Below are positions 53,536 to 63,107 of a stretch of 64,000 bases of DNA, piece after piece. How positions within the stretch are numbered: the first letter of the stretch is position 1; every line of letters starts with the position of its first letter. The translations under genes and the position numbers were made by a program. Under the pieces are notes generated by a model. It was not told the origin of the DNA, made no database searches, and was given only the letters and a program-made list of their open reading frames with translations. Origin of the DNA: Parcubacteria group bacterium Greene0416_39 (GTDB lineage Bacteria; Patescibacteriota; Minisyncoccia; Minisyncoccales; UBA10102); contig VMEU01000001.1 of assembly GCA_007375675.1 (NCBI GenBank), positions 40,458-104,457 of the forward strand, given 5' to 3'.

Positions 53536-54051
53536 ATGAAAATTTTAGTTTTTCTACAAGGCACACTGATAATGCATAAAAACGCGGTTGGGAAAACCCG
53601 CGAGGAAATCATTGAGCAAGTAAAAGCTCAAGGAGAATCAGTTCGTGATTTTAGTTCCTATGTTCCTATCGGTAATGCCGTGGATAAACTGAAAAAATGG
53701 ACAAAGCAGGGCGCAGAGATTTTTTATTTAAGTGCTTTAACTGAGGACAAAAAAGCGAGAGGCGATGAAATTATTGGCAAGGAGGGTATAAAAGTAGACC
53801 AGGAAATTTTGAACAGGTATGGGTTCCCCAAAGGAGAAATTTATCATCGCCAAAAAGGGGAAAGTTATGCTCAAATAGCTGAAAAGATTGTGCCGGATAT
53901 TTTAATTGAAGATGATTGTGAGAGTATAGGCGGAGAAAAAGCAATGACGATTACTTTTGTTAGGCCAGAAATCAAGAAAATGATAAAATCCGTAGTAGTA
54001 AAAGAATTTAGCGGAGTTGACCACTTGCCCGATAATATCAAGGATTTATAG
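53536..54051 (+). CDS. Hypothetical protein
   Basis: 171-aa ORF, no confident motif; start uncertain. Confidence 0.4.
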   Translation: MKILVFLQGTLIMHKNAVGKTREEIIEQVKAQGESVRDFSSYVPIGNAVDKLKKWTKQGAEIFYLSALTEDKKARGDEIIGKEGIKVDQEILNRYGFPKGEIYHRQKGESYAQIAEKIVPDILIEDDCESIGGEKAMTITFVRPEIKKMIKSVVVKEFSGVDHLPDNIKDL

Positions 54052-54086
54052 GAATTTGCCGCCACATCCTTCGCTAAAGCTACGGA

Positions 54087-54482
54087 GTGCAATGCAAAGA
54101 AAAACTTGAAATGCGCAAAAACTACACAAAGACCTACCATATTATTTTTGACTCGTTTGGAGTAGACAAGAAACTGCTCAACAGCGAAGAGTTTGTATTT
54201 GGGCTTCTTCTGGCAATTCCCAAACTCATTGGCATGAGAGTGCTGTCTGGGCCCAATGTGGTGCGGGATTATGACAAGGGACACGAAGGCGTTACAGGCT
54301 TTGCCATCATTGACTTTTCTCATATTTCAGTGCATACCTTTGTTGATACCAAAGAAGCATTTGTAGACATATTTTCGTGCAAGAAGTTTGACTACAAGAA
54401 AGCGCGCTCATATCTATATAAAACACTCAAGGTGAAACCAAAACAGGTTGAGACGCTAGAAGTAAAGTATCCGTGGGAATGA
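54087..54482 (+). CDS. speH: S-adenosylmethionine decarboxylase proenzyme (pyruvoyl-dependent, SpeH type)
   Basis: Self-cleavage site region GFAIIDFSHISVHTF and DIFSCK motif; 131 aa. Confidence 0.75.
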   Translation: MQCKEKLEMRKNYTKTYHIIFDSFGVDKKLLNSEEFVFGLLLAIPKLIGMRVLSGPNVVRDYDKGHEGVTGFAIIDFSHISVHTFVDTKEAFVDIFSCKKFDYKKARSYLYKTLKVKPKQVETLEVKYPWE

Positions 54483-54483
54483 A

Positions 54484-54565
54484 GGAGGGTTGGCAGAACG
54501 GCAATGCACCGCTCTTGAAAAGCGGCGGGCGAAAGCCCTTAGAGGTTCGAGCCCTCTACCCTCCG
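54484..54565 (+). tRNA. tRNA-Ser(TGA), class II
   Basis: Acceptor GGAGGGT/ACCCTCC; anticodon stem CCGCT/AGCGG, loop CTTGAAA; variable hairpin GGGCGAAAGCCC; T-arm AGAGG-TTCGAGC-CCTCT. Confidence 0.75.
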
Positions 54566-54644
54566 CAGTGTAATAAATTCGCAGAGTTGTTGCAAAGTTC
54601 TTGACATGGTATACTGATGCGGTAATCATTTCCAAACCCCGTAG

Positions 54645-54712
54645 TGAAACTTTGGCATGTGGTTCCCAAAGGAAACACATCGTTGCTGAAAGCAGCCAAA
54701 GTTCTACTACAG
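54645..54712 (+). promoter_or_regulatory. Conserved inverted-repeat leader element (copy 2) upstream of the second pilus cluster
   Basis: CCCCGTAGTGAAACTTTGG ... CCAAAGTTCTACTACAGGG with a different internal hairpin pair; preceded by TTGACA at 54600. Confidence 0.5.
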
Positions 54713-54769
54713 GGAAAGGTCGAGAGGAATATAGCAGTGATGCAAGATATTTTTTCGTAAAATCGAACT

Positions 54770-54922
54770 ATGAACAAGAAAGTCCTTATCATCGGCGTTA
54801 TTGTAGTTATTGCGGTGGTGGTTTACTTAATGCAAGGTCAAGGCGGCACAGGAACTCCAACGCCAACCCCAACACCAACCCCAACAGAAGCCCCAGCTCC
54901 AGAACCAACACCTGCTCAGTAG
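54770..54922 (+). CDS. Small membrane protein with Pro/Thr-rich tail (50 aa), hypothetical
   Basis: MNKKVLIIGVIVVIAVVVYLMQGQGGTGTPTPTPTPTPTEAPAPEPTPAQ; below the ORF-track cut-off. Confidence 0.35.
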   Translation: MNKKVLIIGVIVVIAVVVYLMQGQGGTGTPTPTPTPTPTEAPAPEPTPAQ

Positions 54923-55031
54923 AATTGAAAGTTTATGCACTTAGAAGCCGAGCTCCTAATTAAGGAGCTCGGCTTCTTAAGTTTGTTATGGTATGTAAAT
55001 TTCTAATGGGATGAGGTATGATATACTATAC

Positions 55032-56087
55032 ATGAAATTCATCCCATTTCGGTTCGTTCCAAAAAGTTTCCTGGGAGTAGACATTGGCACATCTGCAATA
55101 AAAATTGTAGAGCTTCAGAGTTGGGGTTCTCGCAAGAGCTTGAAAAACTACGGAGAGCTCCAATCATCTTCTCTCTATGACAAACCCTTTCGATCCCTTG
55201 AAAAGAATACGCTCGTGCTTTCTTCAAAAGATATAGCGAGAGCGATAAAAGGCATTCTGTTGGAATCCTCCAGCGAGACTAAACGGGCAGTATTTTCAAT
55301 CCCCGATTTTTCAAGCTTTTTCACCCATTTCTCGCTTCCTCCTATGACCAAAGAAGAACTTGGGGAAGCGGTGAAGTTTGAAGCACGCAAGCACATTCCT
55401 TTGCCCTTGTCTGAAGTCACCATTGACTGGCAAATAGCGCAGGGCCGTGTTGACAGCAAAACGCCATTTCAAATTCTTTTGGTTGCAGTTCCAAACGAGG
55501 TTATCAATCAGTACCAGGAGATAGCTTCTTTTGCGGGGCTCCAGCTTATTGCCTTGGAGGCTGAAGTATTCGGGCTCGTTCGCTCGTGCTTGGCGCCAAC
55601 GAGAAGCCCGGTCGTGCTCTTAGATATTGGAGCGCAGAGCACCACGGTAAACGTTATTGTGAACAACGTTCTCAAAATATCCCACAGCACTGATATTGCA
55701 GGGAACAACCTTACCGAGAGAATCAGCCAGTCTTTGTCTCTTGACAAAAAGAGCGCGCAAGAGCAAAAACACGCAAAAGGCATGTTGCCGCAAGACCTTG
55801 GCGTGATTCTTTCTCCGCTTATTGATATGATAGGGGCAGAGGTTGAAAAGATCTCCCAGGAGTTTTTCCAAATTGAAGGAAAAGAAGTAGAACGGGTGGT
55901 ACTGGCAGGGGGATCCGCGCTGCTCAAGGGTTTGAGAGAATACTTTGAAACAAATCTCAAAAAGCCAGTTGACATCGCAGATCCATTTGGCAGAATCTTT
56001 TATCCCCCCATTTTGGAGCCCACAATTAAAGAACTTGGAGTTTCATACGCCGTGGCCCTAGGCATGGCCCTCCGAGGATTAGAATAA
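55032..56087 (+). CDS. pilM: Type IV pilus assembly protein PilM, paralog 2
   Basis: FLGVDIGTSAIKIVELQ...; PilM-like throughout. Confidence 0.8.
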   Translation: MKFIPFRFVPKSFLGVDIGTSAIKIVELQSWGSRKSLKNYGELQSSSLYDKPFRSLEKNTLVLSSKDIARAIKGILLESSSETKRAVFSIPDFSSFFTHFSLPPMTKEELGEAVKFEARKHIPLPLSEVTIDWQIAQGRVDSKTPFQILLVAVPNEVINQYQEIASFAGLQLIALEAEVFGLVRSCLAPTRSPVVLLDIGAQSTTVNVIVNNVLKISHSTDIAGNNLTERISQSLSLDKKSAQEQKHAKGMLPQDLGVILSPLIDMIGAEVEKISQEFFQIEGKEVERVVLAGGSALLKGLREYFETNLKKPVDIADPFGRIFYPPILEPTIKELGVSYAVALGMALRGLE

Positions 56088-56172
56088 TGCAAATCTACGA
56101 ATGACTTCGAATGCCGCAAATAAATACTATTCGTACATTCGCATATAATTTGTAGATTCGCATTATACTATT
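56085..56172. repeat. 85-nt quasi-palindromic intergenic element, copy 3, inverted relative to copies 1, 2 and 4
   Basis: Matches the reverse complement of copy 2 over its whole length: CGAATGCCGCAAATA core on the left, TACATTCGCA on the right. Confidence 0.7.
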
Positions 56173-56688
56173 ATGGTTGACCTTATTCCAAAACAAGCTT
56201 TCGCCTATCCAAAAAGAACAACACTATTTTTTTACGGAGGGCTTTTTCTGCTTATTGCAGTTGTCGCGGGATTTTGGTTCTTAAAAGTTCTTGGAACCAG
56301 GACTTTCTCAGAGATTACAAGCATTGAAGAACAGCTTTCAAGAGAAAAAACTCCAGAAGAACGAACGCTTGAAAAAACGGCGCTCACGTATGAGGAAAAA
56401 CTCAAAGATTTTGCTTCTCTTGTAAAAAGCCGCGAGAACGTTTTGCCCTTTTTTGCGTTTCTTGAAGAGAATACCCACCCTGCCGTGTTTTTCACAAGTT
56501 TTACCCTCACCGTAAAAGAAAGAAAAATTTCTCTTTTAGGAGAAGCCCTGGATTTTAAAACTCTAGATCAGCAGCTCACGATATTTCGCGCAAGCGAAAA
56601 GGTCGCGTTCTCGGAAGTATCAGATATTGCCATTGGAGACAAAGGGAGGGTCACGTTTCAATTCGTTCTTCTTCTTAACAAACTATGA
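56173..56688 (+). CDS. pilN: PilN-like protein, paralog 2
   Basis: Single N-terminal TM; position after pilM. Confidence 0.65.
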   Translation: MVDLIPKQAFAYPKRTTLFFYGGLFLLIAVVAGFWFLKVLGTRTFSEITSIEEQLSREKTPEERTLEKTALTYEEKLKDFASLVKSRENVLPFFAFLEENTHPAVFFTSFTLTVKERKISLLGEALDFKTLDQQLTIFRASEKVAFSEVSDIAIGDKGRVTFQFVLLLNKL

Positions 56689-57194
56689 ATCGCCCATTGT
56701 TTAGCATTGTATTCTTAGTAGGGGCCGTTCTTGCAGCCGTATTTTTCACGTGGCCGGCTTTGCAAGATTTGAAGTTTCTCCAAATGGAGAAACGCTCAAA
56801 GCTTGCCGATTTTGAAAACCGGGAAGAATATTTTACAAATATCAGGAACCTTACCGTACAGCTCAAAAACTTTGAACCAGAGCTTGGCAAACTTGACCAT
56901 GCCTTGCCTGAAGATACTTTTCTTCCTTCTCTGTACCAGCTTGTGCAGGAGGTTGCCTCAAGTTCCGGGGTTGTGCTCAAGTCCATTGCCTCCTCGGTTC
57001 AAAAAGGAGAATCTCCTGTCAAGACCATTGACCTTCAGCTCAAGGTTGCGGGCGTCTACGAAAGCCTAAAATCATTCCTTGAAAACAGCCAGAATGCCTG
57101 GAGGCTGCTTTCTATTGATTCTGTTTCTTTTGTTTCTCCCAAAACAGGATCTTCGTTTGAGGTTTCTTTTCGCATGCAAGCCCATTCCTATTAA
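56685..57194 (+). CDS. pilO: PilO-like protein, paralog 2
   Basis: N-terminal TM + coiled coil; position. Confidence 0.65.
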   Translation: MNRPLFSIVFLVGAVLAAVFFTWPALQDLKFLQMEKRSKLADFENREEYFTNIRNLTVQLKNFEPELGKLDHALPEDTFLPSLYQLVQEVASSSGVVLKSIASSVQKGESPVKTIDLQLKVAGVYESLKSFLENSQNAWRLLSIDSVSFVSPKTGSSFEVSFRMQAHSY

Positions 57195-57223
57195 GCTCAA
57201 AACGAGGTATGATACACTAAGCT

Positions 57224-57517
57224 ATGGCAATTACATTTTCAAAAGGAGGAACGTTCACTTCTCAGAAAAAGAGAGACCAAGTGCTCATTCTTCTTTTCTT
57301 TGGCGCGCTTCTTGCAACAAGCATTGTTCTCTGGCAGGGATTTTTCAAAAAAGGCGCAGAGATTCCTTTCTCAAAACCCGCAGCCGCTGCTCCAAAAAAG
57401 GTTGAGATTCGCTTTGACGTGCTCAAAGGGGAAGAGTTGCAAGGGCTTCAAACAAGACCCGGCCTTTCTCCTTTGCCAGAAAAGATTGGAAGAGAAAATC
57501 CATTCGTCCCATTTTAA
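57224..57517 (+). CDS. Small membrane protein at the pilP position (hypothetical)
   Basis: 97 aa, one TM; paralogous position to 14319-14615. Confidence 0.45.
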   Translation: MAITFSKGGTFTSQKKRDQVLILLFFGALLATSIVLWQGFFKKGAEIPFSKPAAAAPKKVEIRFDVLKGEELQGLQTRPGLSPLPEKIGRENPFVPF

Positions 57518-59256
57518 TGGATATTATTGAACTCTTAGTACAAAAAAATATTCTCTCGGCAGAAAAAGCAAAGGAGGTGCAAGACGAGGTCAAAAAATCC
57601 TCCAAGAGAGCAGAGGAGGTTGTCCTTGGAGAAAAACTCATAGACGAGGAACTCTTGTTTTCTTTAAAATCAGAAGCTTTGGGCATCCCCCTCAAGACCC
57701 CAGACGTTGGAGAAGTTTCTCTTAAAGTTCTGGAGCTTGTCCCCGAAGATTCTGCAAAATATTACCACATGGTTCCTTTATTTCACGCGGGGAATACGCT
57801 GGAGATTGGCATGGTGTACCCGGAAGACCTCAATGCCCAGGAAGCGTTAAAGTTTCTTGCAAGGCAAGGCAGTTTTTCTTACAAGGCGTTTCTCATACGT
57901 CTTAGCACTTTTGAAAATTTGATGAAGCAATACCGGAGCCTCAAGGAGGAAATGAAAGAAGCTTTGCGCGAATTGGAAAAGGAAATAGAAGCAGAAGGCG
58001 TACAGATAAGGGAAGGAAAAGGCGTTGGCCTCCAGCGTTTGGTTCAAGAAGCTCCGGTGACAAAAATGGTTGCGGTAATTTTGCGCACGGCAGTGGAAGG
58101 AAACGCTTCAGACATTCACATTGAACCTGCGAAAGAAAATGTCAGGGTGCGGTTCCGCTTTTTGGGAGAGCTTCATTCTTCTCTCGTTTTGCCCTTGAGA
58201 GTTCAACAGGCAATTGTCGCGAGAATTAAAATTTTATCCTCTCTTCGCATTGACGAGATGCGGATTCCCCAAGACGGCAGGTTTTCTGCTCCTGTTGAAG
58301 GGAGAATGATTGACTTTCGCGTGTCCACGTTTCCCACCGCGCTGGGAGAAAAAGTTGCAATCAGGGTATTAGATCCTGCCACAGGGCTCAAGGGCTTGGA
58401 CGAGCTTGGCCTGGAAGGAGCAAACCTTGCAAAGGTGAAGGCAGCTGCCCAAAGGCCATACGGTTTGATTCTCGCAACCGGGCCCACGGGATCGGGCAAA
58501 ACAACAACCTTGTACGCCATTTTGCAGCTTTTGAACCGGGAAGGTTTAAACATTGTGAGCCTTGAAGATCCAATTGAATACCTCGTAGCCGGAGTAAACC
58601 AGTCTCAAGTGAGGCCCGAAATCGGGTATGACTTTGCTTCTGGGCTCCGCCAGATTTTGCGCCAAGACCCCAACATTATTATGGTAGGCGAGGTGCGAGA
58701 CAAAGAGACCGCCTCTTTGGTTATTCACGCGGCGTTGACCGGGCACATCGTTCTTTCAACCTTGCATACAAACAATGCCCAGGGAGTGATCCCAAGGCTT
58801 GTTGACATGGGCATTGATACATACTTAATTCCTTCAACGTTGAGCGTTGCAATGTCTCAACGGCTCGTGAGGAGACTGTGCGAGGAGTGCAAAGAAAAGG
58901 TTGTGGCTCAAAAGCCCATGCAGCAGCTTATTGAACAAGAACTTGCCTTAGCTTCTCTTCAAGTGAAAAAGCAGGCAGAAGGCTTGCGGGGAAAGGGCAA
59001 AGAGTTTTTTGTGTACAAAGCTCGTGGCTGCAAGAAATGCGCGAGTTCTGGCTATTCAGGGAGGATTGCTATTTTTGAAGTATTGAGCATGACCCCGGAG
59101 TTATCCGAGATTGTTCTCAATAAGGTTTCAGAGAACGCCATTGCAAAAGAGGCCAAAAGGCAAGGCATGGCGTCTATGCGCCAAGACGGAATTCTGAAAG
59201 CATTAGACGGCCTCACCACGCTTGAAGAAATAGTGAGGGTAAGCGACGAACCATGA
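57517..59256 (+). CDS. pilB: Type IV pilus assembly ATPase PilB/GspE, paralog 2
   Basis: Walker A ATGPTGSGKTTT; GspE N-domain; zinc-binding CxxC...CxxC (CEECKEK...CKKC). Confidence 0.9.
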   Translation: MDIIELLVQKNILSAEKAKEVQDEVKKSSKRAEEVVLGEKLIDEELLFSLKSEALGIPLKTPDVGEVSLKVLELVPEDSAKYYHMVPLFHAGNTLEIGMVYPEDLNAQEALKFLARQGSFSYKAFLIRLSTFENLMKQYRSLKEEMKEALRELEKEIEAEGVQIREGKGVGLQRLVQEAPVTKMVAVILRTAVEGNASDIHIEPAKENVRVRFRFLGELHSSLVLPLRVQQAIVARIKILSSLRIDEMRIPQDGRFSAPVEGRMIDFRVSTFPTALGEKVAIRVLDPATGLKGLDELGLEGANLAKVKAAAQRPYGLILATGPTGSGKTTTLYAILQLLNREGLNIVSLEDPIEYLVAGVNQSQVRPEIGYDFASGLRQILRQDPNIIMVGEVRDKETASLVIHAALTGHIVLSTLHTNNAQGVIPRLVDMGIDTYLIPSTLSVAMSQRLVRRLCEECKEKVVAQKPMQQLIEQELALASLQVKKQAEGLRGKGKEFFVYKARGCKKCASSGYSGRIAIFEVLSMTPELSEIVLNKVSENAIAKEAKRQGMASMRQDGILKALDGLTTLEEIVRVSDEP

Positions 59257-59621
59257 CGAAAATTCTTCTTGTTGAAGACGACCCAATGCTGCAAGACATT
59301 TATCTCACGAAATTGAAAGAAGTGGGATTTGACGTTTCCTTGGCTGGGGACGGTGAAAAAGTAATGCCAGAGCTCCACAAGGCAAAGCCAGACATTATGC
59401 TTTTAGACATTGTTCTTCCCTTGAAAGACGGCTGGGAAGTGCTTTCTGAAGTGCGAAAAGATCCAAAGTGGAATAGCGTGAAAATCGTTGTCCTTTCAAA
59501 CATTGGCGAGGCACAAGACGTGGAAAAAGGATTTGCCCTGGGAGCAGACCTCTACCTTATTAAAGCGCACTTCACTCCGAGCCAGGTCGTTGGCGAAATT
59601 AACAAACTTTTATCTTCATAA
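59253..59621 (+). CDS. Single-domain response regulator (CheY-like)
   Basis: DIMLLDIVLPLKDGWEVL; 122 aa; paralog of 4951-5313. Confidence 0.85.
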   Translation: MTKILLVEDDPMLQDIYLTKLKEVGFDVSLAGDGEKVMPELHKAKPDIMLLDIVLPLKDGWEVLSEVRKDPKWNSVKIVVLSNIGEAQDVEKGFALGADLYLIKAHFTPSQVVGEINKLLSS

Positions 59622-59625
59622 TTCT

Positions 59626-60690
59626 ATGCCAGAAAAAAAATCCATTGACGAATTATTTGAAATAGCATTCAAGGAGCGCGCGTCTGACCTTCACATTTCC
59701 TTGGGCCATGCTCCTGCGCTTCGCGTGGAAGGCCGCCTCGTTCCTTTGATGAAGCAAAAGGTATTGTCTGCTTCAGACATAGAAGGCCTTGTGGCGCCGC
59801 TCCTTTCTTCAGAACAGCATGCAAGATTAAAGGCAGAAAAAGACATTGATTTTTCGTATGATTTTCAAGGGCGGGCAAGGTTCCGAGTAAACGTATTCTT
59901 CCAGCAGGGCTCTTTGAGCCTTGCCTCGCGCCTCATTCCCTCGCGAATTCAAACTATGGAAGAGCTCAACCTTCCTGAAGTTTTGCATGAATTCACCAGA
60001 GCAACCCAGGGGTTTGTCATTATCACAGGGCCTTCAGGCCACGGGAAAAGCACAACCTTAGCCGCGCTTATTGACGAAATAAACCATTCCAGAGCAGATC
60101 ACATCATCACCATAGAAGACCCCATTGAATACGTGTTTGAAGACGATAAGGCAATTATTGACCAAAGAGAGGTGAACCAAGATACCTTGAGTTTTGCCAA
60201 AGCGTTGAGGGCTACCTTTCGCCAGGATCCAGACGTTATCATGGTAGGAGAAATGCGAGACCCTGAAACCATGGCAACCGCGATCACCGCCGCTGAAACC
60301 GGGCATTTGGTATTTGCAACCTTGCACACAAACTCTGCCTCTCAAACCGTGCACCGGATTGTCGATTCTTTCCCGGCAGAGCAGCAGGGCCAAGTGAGAG
60401 CGCAGCTTTCCGCCTCTTTGCTTGGAGTAGTTGCCCAAAAACTTGTTCCAAGAATCAAAGGCGGGCTTATCCCAGCGTGTGAAATCCTTTTAGCCAATGC
60501 CGCGGTGAGCAACCTCATACGAGAAAACAAAATCCACGAGATTCCCCTGGTCATTGAGACTGGAGCAGAAGCTGGAATGATTTCTCTGAACCGTTCGTTA
60601 GCAAACCTTGTGAAGGGTAAAGAAATCAGCTTTGAGAACGCGCTGTCTTATTCTTTGAACCCCAATGAACTTCGCTCCCTTGCGAGATAA
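59626..60690 (+). CDS. pilT: Twitching-motility/retraction ATPase PilT
   Basis: Start MPEKKSIDELFEIAFKERASDLHIS; Walker A GPSGHGKSTT; 354 aa, typical PilT size. Confidence 0.85.
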   Translation: MPEKKSIDELFEIAFKERASDLHISLGHAPALRVEGRLVPLMKQKVLSASDIEGLVAPLLSSEQHARLKAEKDIDFSYDFQGRARFRVNVFFQQGSLSLASRLIPSRIQTMEELNLPEVLHEFTRATQGFVIITGPSGHGKSTTLAALIDEINHSRADHIITIEDPIEYVFEDDKAIIDQREVNQDTLSFAKALRATFRQDPDVIMVGEMRDPETMATAITAAETGHLVFATLHTNSASQTVHRIVDSFPAEQQGQVRAQLSASLLGVVAQKLVPRIKGGLIPACEILLANAAVSNLIRENKIHEIPLVIETGAEAGMISLNRSLANLVKGKEISFENALSYSLNPNELRSLAR

Positions 60691-60777
60691 CATAATGCAA
60701 ATCCGCAAATGACTGCGAATGTACAAATACGAGTATTCGCGGCATTCGCATAGTATTTGTAAATTCGCATTATATGT
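60690..60777. repeat. 85-nt quasi-palindromic intergenic element, copy 4
   Basis: Fills the pilT stop to pilC start gap exactly; same orientation as copies 1 and 2. Confidence 0.7.
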
Positions 60778-61983
60778 ATGAAGTTTAACTATCAGGCAAG
60801 AGACGCAAAGGGACAGACTCAAATAGGCCAAGTGGAGGCTTCTTCGCAAGACGCTGCCTTGGAGGTTCTTTCAAGGAGCAGCCTGTATGTCACGCTCCTG
60901 GAAGAAGCTGCAAAAAAACCCGTCTACGCCAAGCGCATTTCGTTTTTTGAAAAGGTTTCTGTAAAAGACGTGATGTTGTTTTCCCGCCAGCTTGCCATTA
61001 TGTTCAAGTCGCAGGTTTCGCTTTTGGAAGCGCTGAGAACCTTAGCCGTGCAAACCAAAAACCAGAGCTTTAAAGAAAAGATTTTTGATATGGCAGAGCA
61101 GGTGGAGGCCGGCACCCCTTTGTCCCAGGCCTTAGCTTTGCATTCAGCAATTTTCTCCCCATTTTATATTGCCATGGCAAAATCAGGCGAGGCTTCCGGA
61201 ACTCTTGCCAAATCTTTGGAGTATTTAGCAGACCATCTTTCTCGAGAGTATGAGTTGACGAGCAGGGTGAGGGGAGCGTTAGTGTACCCGGCGTTTGTTG
61301 TCGCGGTCGCGTTCCTGGTGCTGTTTTTAATGATGTTCTTTGTGATCCCCAACATGACCAAGGTGTTAGAGGGTCTGGGCCAGCAGCTCCCTCTGTTAAC
61401 AAGAATTGTCATATCCACGGCCGATTTTCTGCGCAGCAAGTGGTGGCTTCTCTTACTGCTCCTTGCCTTATCGGGAACCTTTTTGTTTAGGTACGTGAGA
61501 ACGCCAGAAGGCAAAAGATTTTTGAATTCTGCGTTTTTGAGTTTTCCGCTTCTGGGTCCTCTGCTTTCTATGGTGTATCTTGCGAGGTTTGCAGAGAACC
61601 TTTCCACTCTTGTGGCTGGCGGCATTCCTATTGTGCAGGCTTTAGATATTACAGGGTCTGTGGTGGGGAATACCGTGTACCGCAAGATCATTTCTGAAGC
61701 GCGAGACGAAGTGAAAAAGGGGAGGAATATAAGCGAGGTTTTGCAAAGGCATCCCAAAGAGTTTCCGCCCTTGTTCACGCAGATGGTGCTCGTTGGGGAG
61801 AAGTCTGGAACATTAGATACGAGCCTTCTCAATATTGTGGAGTTCTATCAAAAAGAGGTTGCCAGAACCGTTGACAGCTTCCTCTCTTTGATAGAGCCTA
61901 TGTTAATTGTTGTGCTTGGGCTCATGATTGGAGGGCTCATGGCGTCAGTTCTTCTGCCCTTGTATCAGATTTCCGCGCTCTAA
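60778..61983 (+). CDS. pilC: PilC/GspF platform protein, paralog 2
   Basis: 401 aa, two GspF repeats, 3 TM. Confidence 0.85.
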   Translation: MKFNYQARDAKGQTQIGQVEASSQDAALEVLSRSSLYVTLLEEAAKKPVYAKRISFFEKVSVKDVMLFSRQLAIMFKSQVSLLEALRTLAVQTKNQSFKEKIFDMAEQVEAGTPLSQALALHSAIFSPFYIAMAKSGEASGTLAKSLEYLADHLSREYELTSRVRGALVYPAFVVAVAFLVLFLMMFFVIPNMTKVLEGLGQQLPLLTRIVISTADFLRSKWWLLLLLLALSGTFLFRYVRTPEGKRFLNSAFLSFPLLGPLLSMVYLARFAENLSTLVAGGIPIVQALDITGSVVGNTVYRKIISEARDEVKKGRNISEVLQRHPKEFPPLFTQMVLVGEKSGTLDTSLLNIVEFYQKEVARTVDSFLSLIEPMLIVVLGLMIGGLMASVLLPLYQISAL

Positions 61984-62045
61984 AAGTTTTTCCACAGGCT
62001 TGCCTTGTTGACAGGTAGTCATTGGTCTATACTATACTTATGTAT

Positions 62046-62531
62046 ATGAAAAAAGGTGGTGCTGGATTTACACTCATTGAACTGCTTGTTGTGATTGCGG
62101 TCATTGGCATGTTAGCTTCCATTGTGCTCGTTTCTTTGGGCCCCACGAGGGCAAAGGCAAGAGACTCAAAAAGGATAGCAGAAGTGCGCCAAATGGGTTT
62201 GGCTTTAGAACAAGAAGCCGCAGACGGGGGAGAGGCAATTGCAGGATGCGCAGGAGATCAGGTTGACGCGAAAACGTGCACTGGCCCTGGAGTTGCGAAT
62301 TTTGCGAATTTCAACGATCCTTCAACGCCTGGAACTCCTTGCCCTGCAGGCGCGGGAACTGTTACGTGTCAGTACTCTATTGCTACAAACGCGGGCCTAT
62401 TAGGCGCGAGATCAGACGATTACCAGATTTGTTTTGTGTTAGAACAAGGAATTGGCACCATCACAGGGTTGAGTTCCCCGGGAAAATACCAGATTGAAAC
62501 AGGAGGAAATTTCAAGGCAGGATGTGAATAA
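62046..62531 (+). CDS. Type IV major pilin candidate (prepilin)
   Basis: MKKGGAG|FTLIELLVVIAVIGMLASIVLVSL class III signal; four Cys in the C-terminal domain. Confidence 0.8.
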   Translation: MKKGGAGFTLIELLVVIAVIGMLASIVLVSLGPTRAKARDSKRIAEVRQMGLALEQEAADGGEAIAGCAGDQVDAKTCTGPGVANFANFNDPSTPGTPCPAGAGTVTCQYSIATNAGLLGARSDDYQICFVLEQGIGTITGLSSPGKYQIETGGNFKAGCE

Positions 62532-62578
62532 TCCGAAAGGTCGATGAATGCGAAAGGTTAGTGATACTCTACACGATT

Positions 62579-63061
62579 ATGAAATTCACAAAAGGTTTTA
62601 CGTTAATTGAACTACTCGTTGTTATCGCGGTCATTGGCATGTTAGCTTCTATTGTGCTCATTTCTTTGGGCCCCACAAGGGCAAAGGCAAGAGACTCCAA
62701 AAGAATAGTTGAAGTGCGCCAAATGGGCTTGGCTTTAGAGCAAGAAGCCGCAGACGGAGCAGAGGCAATCACTGGATGTGTCCTCGATCAGGTTGACGCC
62801 TCCACGTGTACTGGCCCTGGAGCCGCAAACTTTGCAAACTTCAAAGATCCTTCAGCGCCAGCAACTCCATGCCCTGCAGGAGCTGGAACTGCTACGTGTC
62901 AGTACTCTATTGCTACAAATGCGGGAGTTGCGGGAGCAAAAACAGACGACTACCAAATTTGTTTTGTATTAGAGCAAGGAGTTGGCACCATCACAGGGTT
63001 GAGTTCCCCGGGAAAATATCAGATTGAAACAGGAGGAAATTTCAAGGCAGGATGTGAATAA
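62579..63061 (+). CDS. Type IV pilin, tandem near-duplicate of 62046-62531
   Basis: MKFTKG|FTLIELLVVIAVIGMLASIVLISL; ~85-90% identical to the upstream gene, including the 3' spacer TAATCCGAAAGGTCGATGAAT. Confidence 0.8.
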   Translation: MKFTKGFTLIELLVVIAVIGMLASIVLISLGPTRAKARDSKRIVEVRQMGLALEQEAADGAEAITGCVLDQVDASTCTGPGAANFANFKDPSAPATPCPAGAGTATCQYSIATNAGVAGAKTDDYQICFVLEQGVGTITGLSSPGKYQIETGGNFKAGCE

Positions 63062-63107
63062 TCCGAAAGGTCGATGAATTTGAAAGACTAGTGATACCAT
63101 AAGCAAC

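Noticed and set aside
54600-54630. TTGACA...TAATCAT as a confident promoter for cluster 2
   Set aside because: The spacer/-10 match is poor (17 nt to AATCAT); left as a note in the leader-element feature only.
56085-56172. Copy 3 of the palindromic element read as an invertible (phase-variable) switch
   Set aside because: The whole element, not just its core, is the reverse complement of the other copies, and there are no flanking recombinase genes. Insertion in either orientation explains it more simply.
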